NCBI GenBank assembly: GCA_043736395.1
Contig: JAYTCQ010000032.1
Coordinates: forward strand, 1-63,134
Source of the DNA: Blastocatellia bacterium
GTDB lineage: Bacteria > Acidobacteriota > Blastocatellia > RBC074
Length of the DNA: 63,134 nucleotides
Direction of reading: 5' to 3'
In this document: positions 1-9,279 of the stretch, in pieces
Layout of the letters: each line of letters begins with the position of its first letter
How positions within the stretch are numbered: position 1 is the stretch's first letter
Position numbers and translations under genes: made by a program
Notes under the pieces: model-generated
The model's input: only the letters and a program-made list of their open reading frames with translations
What the model was told of the DNA's origin: nothing
Database searches by the model: none

Positions 1-1530
1 GGGTTGGTGAGGGCGTCTTGCTCGCTCAGCGTGAATGCTTTCCAGTAACACGCTGGCGGGTTCGTCGTTTGGGTCTTGTGCAACAAGTTGGCCTGAGAAA
101 GCCGCCTGGAGAATATTTTTGCGCTGAACGTCAGATTGTTTTAGTGATAATTCAATTGAGTGTTCTTGTTGCTCAATGCCTGACAATACATGAACAATCG
201 TACGAAGAATGGCAACGGTTTCTTCCATTGAAGGTAGTGGCAAAAACACTGAGGCAATTTGCTGAAGATTTAAGCCAGGCTTACCTGCACCATAAGCTGC
301 TTCCAAAATTTGATTGTGCCGACCTAATGGGCAAGTTAGAAACAAGTGTAAATATGCACCTAGCATTTTGAAGACGGGGCGAATTAGTGCTACGTGCTGA
401 CTAACATAAGCTTCATCAATGTCATTAGCGACAAGTGCACATTTCCCAACATTAGCACCTGTGATTGTTAACAAAATATCGTCACGCTCAACTAATGTTC
501 TGGCGCCTTCGATTTCTGTTGGAAGTAAAACTTTTGCTACGTCCGACAGATCAAGCCTGTCTGTCTTAATGTCTTGTGATCGAATGAATAAAACACCCTC
601 TTTAGCGTAGAAATCCGCCCAGCCGCGAGAACCGCTGGTGATTAGTGACGTGCATTGATCCACCGTTGCCCACGCCCAACCTTTTGGCAATTGCGGCAAT
701 TCGCTGGTGTCAGGTTGTACAGGTTCAGGATATTTGTCTTTCCAGTCTTTGGGAGGCGTTTTGTCTTGTTCTGCAAACTTGGCGAATTGTTTTTCTTCCC
801 AGCGGTGACGGCGTTCGATGAGGATGCGTTTGAGCAGTTGCGCACCTGTTTCCAACGGTTCGCCTAGTTTGGTGCGGGCTTTCCGCCACTCGGCAGTGAG
901 CGTGCCTTCCACTGCCGCTTTCAGTAGCGATTGCCGATATTGTGTCAATTTCTTTTGTGCGGCTTTGAGTTCGGCTACGCCTGCGTCGAGGTCGGAGAAG
1001 ACTTCTTCGAGCTTTTTGACGATACGTGTTTGTTCGTTCCTTGGCGGAATTGGAAGCATTAGAGTGCTTAGATTCCCGCGAGAAATTCGTTTTCGGGTAG
1101 ACCCACTTTGAAGCGAATGGATTCTTTCTCGGAACTCAGGTGCGTTGATGAAATACATTAACCAACGTTGATCGAAGTGAGCTTCAATGCCTCTAACCAC
1201 ACAAACATCCACAACCGTAACTGATTCCATTTTGTCGCCGGGAAAGAGGCAAGCACGCCCCAAAGGATCGGGCATTCTTGCGATTAAGACATCGCCTTTG
1301 ACCAAGAAAGTGCAGCGAAGTTCAATTGCTTTGGCTTTAGTTAGATAACGATTCGATTTGTTAACAAAAAAACCATCACCAATGTCGGCCAACTGAATCA
1401 ACCTAATATTACCATTGGGGTCTTGGTCTTTACTCTCAATCCAATCACCATCAATAAAAACCCCATCGCCGGAGATTAGGTTGGGGATCGTAGCTTGTAT
1501 CCAACTGTCAGGTAGTTTGAATTCACTCAC
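1..1530 (-). CDS. hsdS: Type I restriction-modification specificity subunit (3' end runs off the window)
   Basis: Absent from the ORF track because it is open at the edge. Manual translation from GTG at 1530 (AAGGA upstream) is stop-free to base 1: MSEFKLPDSW...FIDGDWIESK...LPIPPRNEQTRIVKKLEEVFSDLDAG...QYRQSLLKAAVEGTLT...LPQLPKGWAWATVDQ...GKPGLN...NILQAAFSGQLVAQDPNDEPASVLL. This is the two-TRD plus conserved-helix layout of HsdS. Confidence 0.92.
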   Translation of the reverse strand, partial: MSEFKLPDSWIQATIPNLISGDGVFIDGDWIESKDQDPNGNIRLIQLADIGDGFFVNKSNRYLTKAKAIELRCTFLVKGDVLIARMPDPLGRACLFPGDKMESVTVVDVCVVRGIEAHFDQRWLMYFINAPEFRERIHSLQSGSTRKRISRGNLSTLMLPIPPRNEQTRIVKKLEEVFSDLDAGVAELKAAQKKLTQYRQSLLKAAVEGTLTAEWRKARTKLGEPLETGAQLLKRILIERRHRWEEKQFAKFAEQDKTPPKDWKDKYPEPVQPDTSELPQLPKGWAWATVDQCTSLITSGSRGWADFYAKEGVLFIRSQDIKTDRLDLSDVAKVLLPTEIEGARTLVERDDILLTITGANVGKCALVANDIDEAYVSQHVALIRPVFKMLGAYLHLFLTCPLGRHNQILEAAYGAGKPGLNLQQIASVFLPLPSMEETVAILRTIVHVLSGIEQQEHSIELSLKQSDVQRKNILQAAFSGQLVAQDPNDEPASVLLESIHAERARRPHQP

Positions 1531-1677
1531 ACTGCAATATCCTTATTTATTTCTTTCATTTTTGCGAACATCTGCGGGGGAGCATCTTACGAGAAATGAG
1601 GGTTACTTGGAAGGCTGTTTTGTTGTTCAACGGCTGGAATTTTGATTTGTTGTTTTGAGGTATTTAGAGGGCACGTT

Positions 1678-1932
1678 TCAGTACGGTTTTATTGGCGGTT
1701 TGTAGCGGGTATCGTCGCCTTCCTGCCGCGTCCGCGAAACCCAATCCTGTGCGTCTTCGCCAGTTAACGGGTAGGGAGCAATGCCTGCAACGTCCATCCA
1801 TTTTTTTCGTGTCGGTGTTTCAATCGCGGGATCGCGACGGGCGCGTTCGATCAGTAAAACTGCCAATGCTAATTGTTCACTAGCTGACAGCATTTCTGCC
1901 TGTTTCATAATTTCGCCAACTTGAGCCGTCAT
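1678..1932 (-). CDS. Small hypothetical protein, antitoxin-like
   Basis: GGAGG RBS before ATG 1932; 84 aa MTAQVGEIMKQAEMLSASEQLALAVLLIERAR...WMDVAGIAPYPLTGEDAQDWVSRTRQE, resembling small putative antitoxins usually paired with PIN toxins. Confidence 0.65.
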   Translation of the reverse strand: MTAQVGEIMKQAEMLSASEQLALAVLLIERARRDPAIETPTRKKWMDVAGIAPYPLTGEDAQDWVSRTRQEGDDTRYKPPIKPY

Positions 1933-2070
1933 TTGATTTCCTCCGAAATGCGACAAACTTTCTGCTCTGCTATCTTACTCGCATCCTGCGGTTGAAGACA
2001 AAATATTTATAAAGTCATTGACTGGCAGGCATCTGGAAAATTGAATTAGGAAGGATTTTAGTTGGTACGT

Positions 2071-2114
2071 TTCAGCGTGGTTTTACTTCTGATGTGAGGT
2101 AAAACCACGCTGAA
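2071..2114. repeat. Intergenic inverted repeat (REP-like hairpin)
   Basis: TTCAGCGTGGTTTTAC (2071-2086) pairs perfectly with GTAAAACCACGCTGAA (2099-2114). Confidence 0.8.
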
Positions 2115-2147
2115 GCGTGAACTCTGAACGTTATTTCGAACTCTTTT

Positions 2148-2840
2148 TCATTCGCCTCGGTGTTGCAGGAAATAGTCTACTAATTCTTCGGCGGAGTTGT
2201 TCATTTCTACGCCGAACACGTGGATGCGGTTGGTGAAATAGTTGTACATCCAGACGGCGGGGATGGCTACGACTAAGCCGAGTGCGGTAGTGAATAATGC
2301 CTCGGCGATGCCGCCGGCGACGACGGTTAATCCGGCGCTTTGTTGTTCGTTCATTTGTGTGAAGGCGTTGATGATGCCGACTACGGTTCCGAATAATCCA
2401 ACGAAGGGAGCGGTGGAACCAATTGTCGCCAGGCTGGATAATCCTTTTTGCATTTCAGCATGTTTCATCGCGGTAGTTCGTTTGATGGCGCGTTTGGCTT
2501 TGCGCAAAGGATTCGTGACAGCCGTATTCGTCAATTCCTGAAGACCGGAATTGACTACGATGGCGAGATGACTTTTTTTGTAATCCCTTGATAATTGCAA
2601 CGCCTGATCCAGATGAGCTTCTTTCAGCATCGCGGCAACCTGCGGAATGAATTCGCGTGATTGGCGGGCGGCGGCGTTAAAGGCAAGGTAGCGTTCGAGC
2701 ATAACTGCCAAAGAAAATACGGACATTAACAGCAAAATTACGATCACGGCTAACCCTACAGCGCTGGTATCGCGGATGATATTGCCGATACTCCATTTGA
2801 ATTCCGACAAGAGAGCAAAGCTAAAGCTAAGAAGTGTCAT
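2148..2840 (-). CDS. MotA/TolQ/ExbB proton channel family protein
   Basis: LATIGSTAPFVGLFGTVVGII and IAEALFTTALGLVVAIPA motifs; three hydrophobic segments. Confidence 0.92.
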   Translation of the reverse strand: MTLLSFSFALLSEFKWSIGNIIRDTSAVGLAVIVILLLMSVFSLAVMLERYLAFNAAARQSREFIPQVAAMLKEAHLDQALQLSRDYKKSHLAIVVNSGLQELTNTAVTNPLRKAKRAIKRTTAMKHAEMQKGLSSLATIGSTAPFVGLFGTVVGIINAFTQMNEQQSAGLTVVAGGIAEALFTTALGLVVAIPAVWMYNYFTNRIHVFGVEMNNSAEELVDYFLQHRGE

Positions 2841-2949
2841 AAACCGGACCTCCTGAGAAAAAAATTAGTCTCAAATCTTTTTTTGTGATGGTGACGTTCC
2901 TCAGCGCGCCTGATGAACGTGGTATATTAGTGATTATCGGAATTATTTT

Positions 2950-3068
2950 TCCACGAAGTACACGAAGGAACACGAAGTTGAAATCATTTCTTTTCTGGCG
3001 ATTCGTTCTTTGATTCAAGTATCAGAATTAATTCCTATCTCTTCGTGCAACTTAGTGTCCTTCGTGGA
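2950..3068. repeat. CACGAAG-unit (about 9-nt period) inverted-repeat element, copy 1
   Basis: TCCACGAAGTACACGAAGGAACACGAAG ... CTTCGTGCAACTTAGTGTCCTTCGTGGA (degenerate right arm); same family as 51439 and 59021. Confidence 0.75.
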
Positions 3069-3124
3069 TAATTTATCCCGATAATATTTATTAGACTCCA
3101 AAGTTTTTACAAAGTTCCCAACTT

Positions 3125-3892
3125 ATGAATTTCATTTACGGATTAGTACCAGTAGTCGAAGCCTTGCGCGCCGGACGGCGTACCATTAGCAAAATTGTCA
3201 TTGCGACCAACGTCCAGCCTTCGCGCTTGAATGAATTAATACAATTAGCGCGCGCCTCGAAAGTGACGCTCGAACGTCGTGATCGCCGAGACCTGGATGA
3301 ATTCGCCAAAGGCGGAAATCATCAGGGAGTCATCGCCTTGCTCACCGGCAACGATGTTGGCGCTCGTAAAACTGCCGGATATTTCGATGCGGAAGAGCTG
3401 CTCGATAATATCGCGGGTACGCCGTTTCTCGTATTGCTGGACAACATCGAAGACCCGCACAATTTAGGTGCAATTTTGCGTACCTGCGAATGCGCGGGCG
3501 TAGACGGAATTTTCCTGCCCGAACATCGCTCGGCGAGCTTGTCAGAAACTGTTGCCAAGACTTCGGCGGGCGCGGTGGAATACGTCAAAGTCTCGAAAGT
3601 TACCAATCTTGTGACTTTGATTCACGAACTGAAAGAGCGCGGAATTTATGTCCTGGGCGTCGAAGGTGGAACGGACACGGTTTATACCGAAGTTGACATG
3701 ACGGTTCCATTAGCGTTGGTAATGGGCAGTGAAGGGAAGGGCGTAAGGCGCTTAGTCAGAGAGAAATGTGATGCGCTGATTTCAATTCCGATGCTGGGGA
3801 AAATTAATTCTTTGAATGTGAGTGTCGCGACAGGAGTGGTGTTATTTGAAGCGCAACGGCAACGAACTGTATCACGGACTGTTAGTCCGTGA
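3125..3892 (+). CDS. rlmB: 23S rRNA (guanosine-2'-O)-methyltransferase RlmB (TrmH/SpoU family)
   Basis: LDNIEDPHNLGAILRT, GSEGKG and SLNVSVATG SPOUT motifs; N-terminal substrate-binding domain. Confidence 0.92.
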   Translation: MNFIYGLVPVVEALRAGRRTISKIVIATNVQPSRLNELIQLARASKVTLERRDRRDLDEFAKGGNHQGVIALLTGNDVGARKTAGYFDAEELLDNIAGTPFLVLLDNIEDPHNLGAILRTCECAGVDGIFLPEHRSASLSETVAKTSAGAVEYVKVSKVTNLVTLIHELKERGIYVLGVEGGTDTVYTEVDMTVPLALVMGSEGKGVRRLVREKCDALISIPMLGKINSLNVSVATGVVLFEAQRQRTVSRTVSP

Positions 3893-3925
3893 GCATTTAG
3901 ACGCAGACTGACAGTCTGCGGTACG

Positions 3926-4648
3926 TTATCCAGCTGCACTGATTTCAGATTTGTAATACAGGATGCGTCCGCAGTTTTCGCATTCGTGGATTTTATCTCC
4001 ACGTTTGATTTCGCTGAAGGCTTGCGGGCGCATCGTCATGCGGCAAGCGGAACAGGCGTAATTTTTGGCTTCGGAAAGTACGAGGCCGGATTTCAGACGA
4101 GCTACACGTTCGTAGGTGGAACGGGTTTCGATAGAAAGTTGCGTGACTAAACGTTCACGTTCAGCGGCAAGAATTGCAAGTTTTTGTTGATCGGCTTCGA
4201 CAGCAGCGGCGAGCGCGGACAGGTGGTCGTCAACTTCCTTTCGCTTAATTTCAATTTCAGGAGAGCGTTCGTTGACTTGGACTTCGAGTTTCTCGACCTT
4301 TTCCATGATTTTCAGCAACTCAGTTTCTAAGGTACTGATCACTTTTTTGGTCGAATCAACTTCACGGACAGCGGTTGTGTATTCGCGCTCATTCGTCGCC
4401 TTCATCAAATCCGCTTTGAATTTTTCATGCTTGGCGGTTTCAGAAGCGATGTCTGTTTCAAGACGATTTTTTTCAGCGGCAGCAGTCTCGAATTCAGATT
4501 TGAGATTCAAGAATTCTTTGGCAGAAGCCTCAAACTTTCGTTCGATGGAGGTTTTACGCGTCGGCAACGACGCAGCTTCAGCGTTACAACGTTTTATTTC
4601 GATGTCGGTTTCCTGGAGCGAAACTAATAAGCTAAGTTCAGCGATCAA
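3926..4648 (-). CDS. Coiled-coil protein with C-terminal C4 zinc ribbon (DUF164-like)
   Basis: Long heptad coiled coil, then CSACRM...CENCGRILY; probable TTG start at 4648 behind AGGAG (ORF track extends to 4738). Confidence 0.85.
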   Translation of the reverse strand: MIAELSLLVSLQETDIEIKRCNAEAASLPTRKTSIERKFEASAKEFLNLKSEFETAAAEKNRLETDIASETAKHEKFKADLMKATNEREYTTAVREVDSTKKVISTLETELLKIMEKVEKLEVQVNERSPEIEIKRKEVDDHLSALAAAVEADQQKLAILAAERERLVTQLSIETRSTYERVARLKSGLVLSEAKNYACSACRMTMRPQAFSEIKRGDKIHECENCGRILYYKSEISAAG

Positions 4649-4727
4649 GCGGTATCTCCTGTTTCTTGCGTCAAAATTTCTTTGAGGTATGAGAATACAT
4701 TTACATTCTATAATCACACGAAACCAA

Positions 4728-4878
4728 CTGGAGCGCAAGCGTCTTGCTTGCCGCGAGCGCGTGAAACGCCGCTCCTGTGACGTGGTAAGCGGTTCACTTG
4801 ATCTTCAGGGTATTTCCTTGCCACGGTCGTTTGTGATGCTTGCGCTGGCAAACGGCAAGCGAGACGCTTGCGCTCCAG
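4728..4878. repeat. Long inverted repeat between divergent genes
   Basis: CTGGAGCGCAAGCGTCTTGCTTGCCG (from 4728) pairs with CGGCAAGCGAGACGCTTGCGCTCCAG (ends 4878); 26-nt arms with one mismatch. Confidence 0.8.
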
Positions 4879-4903
4879 TCAGGCTTGCGACTATTTTAAA
4901 GAG

Positions 4904-6190
4904 ATGAGCATTTATCCAAAATCTGAACAATTATTTGAGCGAGCCAAACAGGTAATTCCCGGTGGCGTGAACTCTCCGGTACGCGCTTTTCGCGGCGTCG
5001 GAGGTTCTCCACTATTTATAAAATCCGCTAACGGATGCTTTCTGCATGATGCTGACGGGCGCGAATACATTGACTACGTTGGATCGTGGGGGCCAATGAT
5101 TTTAGGCCACGCGCACCCGGAAATTATTGCTGCGATTCAGGACGCCGCGACTCGTGGGACGAGTTACGGAGCACCGACTGAACTTGAAATTGAACTGGCT
5201 GACGAAGTCATTGATGCCTTTCCTTCCATCGAAAAAGTCAGAATGACATCCAGTGGAACAGAGGCTACAATGTCGGCTTTGCGTGTGGCGCGTGGATTTA
5301 CGGGACGAAATAAAATCGTCAAATTTGAAGGTTGCTATCACGGTCACGGCGATAGTTTACTCGTCAAAGCCGGATCAGGAGTGGCTACGCTTGGGCTGCC
5401 GGATTCACCCGGAGTTTTGCCGGAAGTAGCGGCGAATACGATCACGGTTGCGTTCAATAATGCCGGGGCTTTGCAACAGGTATTTGACGAAATCGGTAAA
5501 GAAATCGCAGCTGTCATCATCGAACCGGTTGTAGGGAATATGGGCTGTGTGCCTCCGCAAGCAGGTTATTTACAAGCCGTGCGCGACATTACGGCTAAGC
5601 ACGGAGCGGTGTTAATTTTCGATGAAGTGATGACTGGATTTCGCATCGCACGCGGCGGAGCGCAGGAACTTTACGGGATCAAAGCCGATATGACGACGCT
5701 GGGAAAAATCATTGGAGGCGGCTTGCCTGTGGGAGCTTTTGGTGGGAAACGCGAAATCATGGATTGCGTCGCTCCGGTTGGACCTGTTTATCAGGCGGGA
5801 ACTTTATCAGGAAATCCGTTAGCGGTTACGGCAGGATTGACGCAGCTTCGATTGCTGAAAAATAAGGCAGTGTATGAACATCTGGAACGGGTGACGAAAC
5901 GCCTGGACGAAGGCTTTGCGGAAGCGGCAAAAGAAGCGGGAATTGCCACAGTCAGCAATCGCGTTGGCTCAATGGTGACGATGTTTTTCAACGATGAGGA
6001 AGTTGTGGACTGGACGACTGCAAACAGAAGTAATCGTGAATCGTTCGGGAAATTTTTTCACGCGATGCTGGAGCAGGGAGTATATCTGGCTCCCTCGCAA
6101 TTTGAGGCTGCATTCGTGTCGTTCACGCACACCGATGAAATTATTGATCGAACAATTGAAGCGGCACGGAAGGCATTTGGAAATCTGTAA
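4904..6190 (+). CDS. hemL: Glutamate-1-semialdehyde 2,1-aminomutase
   Basis: [61 protein letters not shown] motifs; ATG at 4904. Confidence 0.96.
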   Translation: MSIYPKSEQLFERAKQVIPGGVNSPVRAFRGVGGSPLFIKSANGCFLHDADGREYIDYVGSWGPMILGHAHPEIIAAIQDAATRGTSYGAPTELEIELADEVIDAFPSIEKVRMTSSGTEATMSALRVARGFTGRNKIVKFEGCYHGHGDSLLVKAGSGVATLGLPDSPGVLPEVAANTITVAFNNAGALQQVFDEIGKEIAAVIIEPVVGNMGCVPPQAGYLQAVRDITAKHGAVLIFDEVMTGFRIARGGAQELYGIKADMTTLGKIIGGGLPVGAFGGKREIMDCVAPVGPVYQAGTLSGNPLAVTAGLTQLRLLKNKAVYEHLERVTKRLDEGFAEAAKEAGIATVSNRVGSMVTMFFNDEEVVDWTTANRSNRESFGKFFHAMLEQGVYLAPSQFEAAFVSFTHTDEIIDRTIEAARKAFGNL

Positions 6191-6302
6191 TGCAGAAGCC
6201 CGCACGCAGTAAGGGCGCCAGTGCTCTACTCGAACTTTCGCAGGCAATTAATTATTTTCTTCTGGTGAGAAGGCGCCCTTACTGCGTGCGGGCTTCTGCA
6301 TT
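6189..6302. repeat. TGCAGAAGCCCGCAC palindromic repeat, copy 1
   Basis: AATGCAGAAGCCCGCACGCAGTAAGGGCGCC ... GGCGCCCTTACTGCGTGCGGGCTTCTGCATT; 31-nt perfect arms. Confidence 0.88.
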
Positions 6303-6311
6303 AAAAAATTT

Positions 6312-7361
6312 ATGGCTCCTCCAAAATCATCAACCGACGCCTTGAAATCACAGGCTGAATTATTCCGTCAGCTCAAGAGCGGAAAATTCGCGCCCTTGTA
6401 TTTATTGGTCGGCAATGAAAATTTCCTGCGCGAAGAATCTCTCAAACGGCTCATTTCCGAAGCCGTAGATGAGGGCTTGCGCGATTTCAATGTCTCCGAA
6501 ATTTCAGTGGCTAAAGGCAATCTGGATGACGCATTAGCGATTGCATTGCAATATCCAATGATGTCCGCGCGGCGGGCTGTGGTCGTAACAGGATTTGAAG
6601 CTCTCAACGACGAAAAACAGCTTGAGGCCTTGAAGGATTATTTGCGCAGGCCAGTCGAAAGTACGGTATTAATTTTCAATTCTGCCGGACTGGATAAACG
6701 TCGCACCATCGCTACGATGCTGACAAAATCCTGCGAAGTCGTGAGCTTCGATCAGCTTGATGAACGCGAAGCAGCGCCGCGCTGGGTAGGGAATTACGTC
6801 ACGCAAGCCGGAAGCTTCATCGAACCCGCCGCTGCATCTTTATTGATTGGAATGGTCGGGACGGAATTGCAACGGCTCTCAACAGAGTTGGATAAATTAA
6901 TTTCCTATGTCGGAACGAAAGGGAAAGTTACGCGGGACGATGTGGCGTTGCTGGTGCGATATTCACGGGATCATTCAAATTTTGAAATGACAGATGCAAT
7001 GATGGACGGAGACCGCCGCCGCGCTTTGACTTTATTGGATCATCTGTTCACAAACCCCGCCGAACCACCGCAAACATTGGCTCTGATGCTGCTCGGAGCG
7101 ATGGCGAGCAATTACCGCCGAATGTTGATGGCAAAAGAATTGATGCAGCAAAACGCGCCGCAATCTGAAGTGCAGCACGCCGTGGGATTGCCGACATTTT
7201 TACTCGGAAAATTCAATGAGCGCGTCCGCCGCTTTGATACAGATCGTATTGTGCTCGGCATTGAAAGACTAGCTGCAACGGATGTAGCGTTGAAATCTTC
7301 GATGGGTACGCCGCGCCTGCAATTGGAATTATTGATTTGCGAATTGTGTCCGCTGAAATGA
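6312..7361 (+). CDS. holA: DNA polymerase III subunit delta
   Basis: APLYLLVGNENFL, LQYPMMSARRAVVV, VGTELQRLSTELDKLISY, TDVALKSS...LQLELLI match the HolA pattern. Confidence 0.9.
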   Translation: MAPPKSSTDALKSQAELFRQLKSGKFAPLYLLVGNENFLREESLKRLISEAVDEGLRDFNVSEISVAKGNLDDALAIALQYPMMSARRAVVVTGFEALNDEKQLEALKDYLRRPVESTVLIFNSAGLDKRRTIATMLTKSCEVVSFDQLDEREAAPRWVGNYVTQAGSFIEPAAASLLIGMVGTELQRLSTELDKLISYVGTKGKVTRDDVALLVRYSRDHSNFEMTDAMMDGDRRRALTLLDHLFTNPAEPPQTLALMLLGAMASNYRRMLMAKELMQQNAPQSEVQHAVGLPTFLLGKFNERVRRFDTDRIVLGIERLAATDVALKSSMGTPRLQLELLICELCPLK

Positions 7362-7463
7362 TGTTTTAGGAACGTCAAAAACTGTAAAAGAAAATTCTTG
7401 CCCATCCCCTCTGAATGTGAGAGCATCAAATTTGAGTTAAATTAAATTTATAAGGTACTCGCT

Positions 7464-7778
7464 ATGAACCTACTTAGTATTGATAAAGATATTCATCCGC
7501 TCTCTGACTTTAAGCGTAATACACCAGAATTTATTGAGCAGTTAAAGGCAACAGGTCGCCCTGCTGTCTTAACGGTCAATGGGAAAGCGCAGGTCGTGGT
7601 GCAGGATGCGCAGAGCTATCAAAAGCTAGTGGATTCGCTTGACCGTTCCGAAACCTTAGAAGCGATCCGGCTCGGATTAGAAGACATCAAAGCGGGACGT
7701 ACCCGTCCTGTGAAAGAATTCTTAGCCGACCTGCGGAAAGAATTCGGCTTCCCAGAAAAGGGCGATGTTAAGAAATGA
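7464..7778 (+). CDS. Phd/YefM family antitoxin
   Basis: IHPLSDFKRNT...GRPAVLTVNGKAQVVVQD...Y; ATGA overlap with the downstream toxin frame. Confidence 0.9.
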   Translation: MNLLSIDKDIHPLSDFKRNTPEFIEQLKATGRPAVLTVNGKAQVVVQDAQSYQKLVDSLDRSETLEAIRLGLEDIKAGRTRPVKEFLADLRKEFGFPEKGDVKK

Positions 7779-8077
7779 GTTACCGTGTCGAGATCACCGA
7801 AAGAGCTGAATGAGCGGCACGTGAAATTGTGATCTGGATTGCTGATTACTCGCCGGAGAAAGCCACTGATTGGTACATGGGTTTTTTGGAAGCGGTGGAA
7901 AGCCTGGAAACCTTTCCTGCTCGTTGCGCGATTATTCCAGAGCACTAAGGACAATCAGTTTTTCGACATCTGATCTTTGGAAAATATAGAATTATTTTTC
8001 GCATTGAAGACGAGGCTGTTTACATTGTTCACGTGCGACACCAAAAACAGAAGCCGCTCAATCCTGAAGATATTTAA
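7775..8077 (+). pseudogene. ParE/RelE family toxin pseudogene (two in-frame stops)
   Basis: MSYRVEITERAE*AAREIVIWIADYSPEKATDWYMGFLEAVESLETFPARCAIIPEH*GQSVFRHLIFGKYRIIFRIEDEAVYIVHVRH; TGA at 7811-7813 and TAA at 7946-7948, frame otherwise kept. Confidence 0.85.
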
Positions 8078-8088
8078 TCTCATAAACA

Positions 8089-8355
8089 ATGCAACCCATC
8101 CTCGGACAATCCTGTGAATGCGACGGCTGCCATCTTTGCCATCGGCAAGAAGATGACGGGCGTTGTCTCAACCTTCACGGTCAGAAATATCTCTTTGATG
8201 GGAGCGTCATTGAGTTGTACCATTTCAACGCCAGATTCTATTGCAACTCCTGCCTACCTAAACCAATTGTCGAACCTGCCAATCTTGACTTCAAATTATT
8301 CAATCGGGAAATGGAACGTTTAGAAAAACAAGAGACGTTATTTTTCTTTCGATGA
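8089..8355 (+). CDS. Small Cys-rich hypothetical protein
   Basis: 88 aa with CECDGCHLCH and YCNSC; fills the intergenic gap; no clear RBS. Confidence 0.45.
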   Translation: MQPILGQSCECDGCHLCHRQEDDGRCLNLHGQKYLFDGSVIELYHFNARFYCNSCLPKPIVEPANLDFKLFNREMERLEKQETLFFFR

Positions 8356-8472
8356 GTTAAGAGCACAGCCAGCCATTGTTCATGTCAAAATAGAATCCCG
8401 TTTTTAGTCACTTCCACTTTCTGATAGAATCGTCAAAGCCCCAAAATTAGAAATTTGAGGAGCAGTTATTTT

Positions 8473-9273
8473 ATGAAGTATTACCTCACCTGTGTCTTGG
8501 CAGTGTGTTTGTTTGCTTTGCCTGCGATGGCGCAAAAAGCAAAGCCTTCAAAAAGCAAAGTGTCAGGCAAAATTGCAACGACTGCGAAACCAGTGAAAAC
8601 CGAAGTGGCTGCGAAGACGGTTGGTGTTCCAAAGTTAGTGATGGAATCGCTGGAACATAACTTTGGCAACGTTAAAGAAGGCCGGATTTCAAGCTATAGT
8701 TTTTTAGTAAAAAATGAAGGCACGGGAGCATTGCAAATTGAAAGTGTAGCGTCTTCCTGAGGATGCACCGCAACCGACTTTGATAAAGTCGTCCAGCCTG
8801 GTCAGGTTGGGAAAATTACGCTCTCAGTGACTCCTTCGGGCAGAGGACAATTTGAAAAACATGCGACGGTGATAACGAATGATCCGAAGCAAGGTGTATT
8901 TGATTTGATTGTCAAATTTCAAACCAATTTGATGAAGGGCTATCGCGTTGGAAGTTTTTTGTTTGATCCGAAAGATGAGATCAGTGCGACCGTCAAGCAG
9001 GGTGAAGTTTTTACGCAAAAAATTGAAATTATTAGCGACGGTAGCGACACAGTCAAAGATGCTGTCAAAGTTGAAAAATTGGATTCAGATAACAATTATC
9101 TGAATTTTGAAATTGAAACAATTGAATCCGGCAAGCGTTATACTTTAGTCATGAAAAGCCGGAAAGATTTAGCAGCTGGTGTCTATACTCAATTGATGCG
9201 ACTGAAAACAAATAATAATAATCAGCCGACATTGGACATTACGATTGAGTTAACGGTACAGGCTAAACAGTAG
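8473..9273 (+). CDS. DUF1573-like Ig-fold exported protein with in-frame TGA (candidate selenocysteine, codon 96)
   Basis: Signal peptide MKYYLTCVLAVCLFALPAMAQ; HNFGNV...YSFLVKNEGTGALQIESVASS*GCTA...GKITLSV...FEKHATVITNDP. TGA 8758-8760 replaces the first Cys of the family S-C-G-C-T motif, and the frame continues to 9273. Confidence 0.8.
8775..8791 (+). promoter_or_regulatory. Candidate bacterial SECIS hairpin
   Basis: CGACTTT-GAT-AAAGTCG stem-loop; G at first loop position, 22 nt after the TGA. Confidence 0.55.
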
Positions 9274-9279
9274 CCGCTA

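Noticed and set aside
18-1645. Plus-strand ORFs 18-371, 419-610, 655-867, 818-1111, 1415-1645 and minus ORF 642-845
   Set aside because: They are shadows of the continuous minus-strand hsdS frame.
7811-7813. TGA in parE as a third selenocysteine codon
   Set aside because: The position is not a Cys site in ParE toxins, and a second in-frame stop (TAA 7946) follows; pseudogene is the simpler reading.
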